Below are positions 51,700 to 55,366 of a DNA stretch of 55,366 nucleotides, one piece after another. The stretch is from Basidiobolus meristosporus CBS 931.73. Taxonomy: Eukaryota; Fungi; Basidiobolomycota. The stretch spans positions 1 to 55,366 of the forward strand of contig MCFE01000589.1 of NCBI GenBank assembly GCA_002104905.1. The letters run 5' to 3'. How positions within the stretch are numbered: position 1 is the stretch's first letter; each line of letters begins with the position of its first letter. The notes under the pieces were generated by a model, which saw only the letters and a program-made list of their open reading frames with translations, was not told where the DNA came from and ran no database searches. The position numbers were made by a program, and so were the translations under genes.

Positions 51700-53590
51700 A
51701 TTCTAACATACATTGAGAATATCACTCAGGGAAGTGGCAATCACCTTAGGGGAGGGAAAGTCACCAAGCTGGTGAAGTTGTAATTTGCTTTTAAGCACTA
51801 ATCTAAGTACAAATAAAGGAGCCAATTGAGAGGTAGGGTTAGGGGGGAGACAGTCACCAACAGGTGAAATCTTTACTTCAGTTGGAATAAAGAAGCCAGC
51901 GCTACTGTTGTAGCTTTGATACAAGAGTGTGTAGCTGAGGGGAATCTGTAGGTAAGTTAATAACAAGTGATGATAGTTCTTCAGTGCTAAAGACACTGTT
52001 CAGTGGGTAGCAAGAGGGGCAAGAATGATATGTGAACAACATTAATGAGGGGAATATGATATGGATTGATATTCATCATGAAGGGAGTGTGCTGCTTCAG
52101 ATACTGCTGCCAAAGGTCTGTCAAGTACTTCAGGTAGGCTGGCTTGGGGTTTTCTGACTGCAGAATATAATGAGAAAACTTCTTGACATCAGAATCTCCA
52201 AGTATTGTTCTGCAGCTGGAGCCAGGTGTAGTGTGGTGTGTACTCTTCCAGACCTTGATCAATGGGCTGTTGCAGTGGTGAAATCTGAGATATAATCTGG
52301 TTCTAAGATAGAGAAGTCTGATCTTATAGGGCATAAGTCTGAAAGCACCAAGAAAAGCATGTCTGTAGGGGCATTAAGGCAGATGAGTCACCAAGGAGGC
52401 AATACACCAGACTGCAAACCTGTCAAGCTTAGTGCAGTCTCTAGAAGTAAGAGAGAAAAGTGGTAAGCCAAATCCAGGACAGGGAAGACAAACTGCTTGA
52501 GTAGAAGGAGGCAGCTGGGAGCTGAAGTTGTAGGAGGAGTAACAGCCAGTAGCTTGTGGAGTGCCTGTCTTGCCAGGATAATTCTCTTCTTCAGGTGTGC
52601 TCCAGAGTCTAGTCCAGTAGGAAGGAAAGGAAAGCCAAGATATGTAGCAGAAACCTTAGCAGGTTGAGAGCAGTTCTCCAAGTTCATAGGACAACCCAAA
52701 GAAACTATCTTTGCAATGGAGAGCTGAAGATTGTTCTTCTGCAGATACTGGTGGATGGTCTGGGAATCTTGCTGCACATTGGAGGAGGATATTCTGATGT
52801 CATCAGCAAAGAGTGTAACCAGGCAGTCAGCTGAGAGTCTTGGGAAGTCATTCAGGAAGATGACAAACAGTATAGGACCATGCAGAGAACCTTGAACCAC
52901 ACCATTAGGAGCTGAGAACACAGCTGATTGCTCACTTGGGTGCAGAATTCTTGCTTGTGGATCCAGTAACAGATACCTGACAAGGAGGGTGTGAGATGTA
53001 CAGGAGAAGCATTGCAACTTGGACTAAAGCAGATTTCTGCCACTGAATCACAGGCCTCAGAAATATCAAACAGAACAGTGGGATACTTGCACTGGAGAAG
53101 TGAACTTGACCAAGAATGGCTGCATATTCCAAGGAGAGGCCAGGAACAAAGCCAAACTGTGCAGGGTGAAACCTGAGGGAGTCAGAGTAGAGCTCCTGAG
53201 TAATCAAAAGTTCAAACACCTTTCTGCAGGTGGGCAGCAGGGATATTGGCCTGTAGGAGCTAGGATTCTGGTGCTTTCATTTACCCTTGCACAGTGGTGG
53301 AACATTGGCAAAGGACCATTCCTCAGGTGTAGAAAGCTGGGCTGAGCATTGTCGAAACAGTGGAAGCAGAAGAGCAAACATAGCCTTTGTTCTAATCTTC
53401 AGAAGCTCATAGGAGATTGTGTCCACACCTATGGCAGCAGAGTTGGGAAGCCTCTTGAGCACATTACGGATTCTCTCTTGATCAAGTGCTAGTGGTATTA
53501 GCAGAGTCTTGAAGTCAAGATGAAAGCCAGGGGTTGAATACCGCTTTGTAGAGAAGAAAATGTTAGCCAGCTGTTCTGTTGACGGTAACT
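51700..53590 (-). mobile_element. LINE-type non-LTR retrotransposon copy B (5'-truncated, frameshifted RT)
   Basis: RLPNSAAIGVDTISYELLK...NPSSYRPISLLPTCRKVFE; GVVQGSLHGPILFVIFLNDF; LFADDIRI; YLGFPF; multiple frameshifts; alignable to 53595-55366 throughout. Confidence 0.88.
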
Positions 53591-53594
53591 TCCT

Positions 53595-55366
53595 GGGGAG
53601 GGAAAGTAACTAAGTTGGTGAAATCTTTATTTGAGTCATGAACTAGTCTAAGGACAAATAAAGAAGCCAATTAAGAAGTCTAGAACCTCTCTAATAGGTA
53701 ATCTAATTTATACTTTGTTTCATCTCTGATGTTTGCTTCTATAAAGTAAAGCTTGTTAGGGGTAAATATAAAATTCAAGGGTTTTGGGGGAAGGGGGGGG
53801 AGACAGTCACCAACAGGTGAAATCTTTATTTCAGTTGAAACAAAGAAGCCAGCGCTACTGTTGTAGCTTTGATACAAGAGTGTGTAGCTGAGGGGAATTT
53901 GTAGGTAAGTTAATAAGAAGTGATGATAGTTCTTCAGTGCTCAAGACACTGTTCAGTGGGAAGGGGGGTAGCAAGAGAGGTAAGAATGACTTGTGAACAA
54001 CATTAATGAGGGGAATGTGATAAGGATTGATATTCATCATAAAGGGAGTGTGCTGCTGCAGATATTGCTGCCAAAGGTCTGTCAAGTACTTCAGGTAGGC
54101 CAGCTTGGGTTTTTCTGACTGCAGAATATAGTGAGCAAACTTCTTGACTTCAGGATCTCAAGTATAGTTCTCCAGCAGGAGCCAGGTGTTGTGTGGTGTG
54201 TTCTCTTCCAGGCCTTAATCAGTGGGTTGTTGCAGTTGTGAAGTCTGAGGTATAATCTGGTTCTAAGGTAGAGAAGTCTGACCTTATAGGGCATAAACCC
54301 AAAAGCACCAAGAATAGCATCTCTATAGGTGCATTCAGGCAAATGAGGCACCAGGGAGGTAATGCACCATACTGCAAACTTGTCAAGCTTAGTGCAGTCT
54401 CTAGAAGTAAGAGAGAGAAGTGGTAAGCCAAATTCCAGGACAGGGAAAACAAACTGCTTGAGTAGAAGGAGGCAGCTGGGAGCTGAAGTTGCAGGAGGGG
54501 TAACAGCCAGTAGCTTGTGGAGTGCCTGTCTTGCCAGGATAATTCTCTTCTTCAGGTGTGCTCCAGAGTCTAGTCCAGTAGGAAGGAAAGGAAAGCCAAG
54601 ATATGTAGCAGAGACCTGAGCAGGTAGAGTGGAGTTCTCCAAGTTGATTGGAGAGCCCAAAGGTACTGTCTTTGCAATGGAAAGCTGGAGATTATTCTTC
54701 TGCAGATACTGGTGGATGGTCTGGGAGTCTTGCTGCACATTGGAGGAGGATATTCTGATGTCATCAGCAAAGAGAGTAACCAGGCAGTCAGCTGAGAGTC
54801 TTGGGAAATCATTCAGGAAGATGGCAAACAGTATAGGACCAAGCACAGAGCCTTGAACCACTCCATTAGGAACTGAGAACACAGCTGATTGCTCACTTGG
54901 GTGCAGAATTCTTGCTTGTGGATCCAGAAACAGAGACCTGACAAGGAGGGTGAGAGAGGTACTGGAGAAGCATTGCAACTTGGACCAAAGCAGATTTCTG
55001 TCAACTGAATCAAAGGCCTTAGTAATATCAAACAGAACAGAGGGATACTTGCACTGGAGAGAGTGATCTTGGCTAAGTATGACTGCATATTCCAAGGAGA
55101 GGCCAGGAACAAAGCCAAACTGTGCAGGATGAAACTTGAGGGAGTCAGAGTAGAGCTCCTGAGCAAGCAGAAGCTCAAACACCTTTCTGCAGGTGGGCAG
55201 CAGAGATATTGGCCTGTAGGAGCTAGGATCCAGGTGCTTTCCTTTACCCTTGTACAGTGGACAGAACATTTGCAAAGGATCATTCCTCAGGAGTAGAAAG
55301 CTGGGCTGAGCATTGCTGAAACAGTGGAAGCAGAAGTGCAGACATGGCCTTGGTACTAGTCTTCAG
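53595..55366 (-). mobile_element. LINE-type non-LTR retrotransposon copy A (RT; runs off window end)
   Basis: 394-codon open stretch with YRPISLL, QFGFVPG, FDITKAFDSVDR, GVVQGSVLGPILF, LFADD and YLGFPF; a TGA and a +1 frameshift at ~55270-55282 disrupt the upstream part. Confidence 0.9.

Overview
Intron-rich fungal genomic DNA. The gene set (Rab2, UBLCP1, GPR89, class II ribonucleotide reductase, CBM5/12-bearing chitinase) points to a non-Dikarya, early-diverging fungus; a Basidiobolus-like zoopagomycete is a plausible inference, not shown. The left end (1-3.0 kb) and right end (51.7-55.4 kb) are strongly CpG-depleted retroelement debris: a non-LTR relic, a copia RNase H fragment and two head-to-tail LINE copies. 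Four copies of a ~335-bp LTR family are dispersed in the window. The middle holds about 23 genes, often in head-to-head pairs: FAD monooxygenase, RRM/R3H protein, SUS1, RAB2, RPL23, RPL27, RPT1, RRP15, DHHC palmitoyltransferase, GPR89, a circularly permuted ATP-grasp protein, a CaMK, a bZIP, OLE1, UBLCP1, a multicopper oxidase, a minimal SAM methyltransferase, a J-protein, a class II RNR, an AN1 zinc-finger protein, a secreted Ser-rich protein and a GH18 chitinase. The most striking observation is the B12-dependent class II RNR. Its first exon fuses, in one uninterrupted frame, a BED-type zinc finger and an SV40-like NLS to the reductase core, suggesting a transposon-derived, possibly nuclear or DNA-tethered dNTP-supply enzyme. 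All exon structures were read by eye and no database searches were run.
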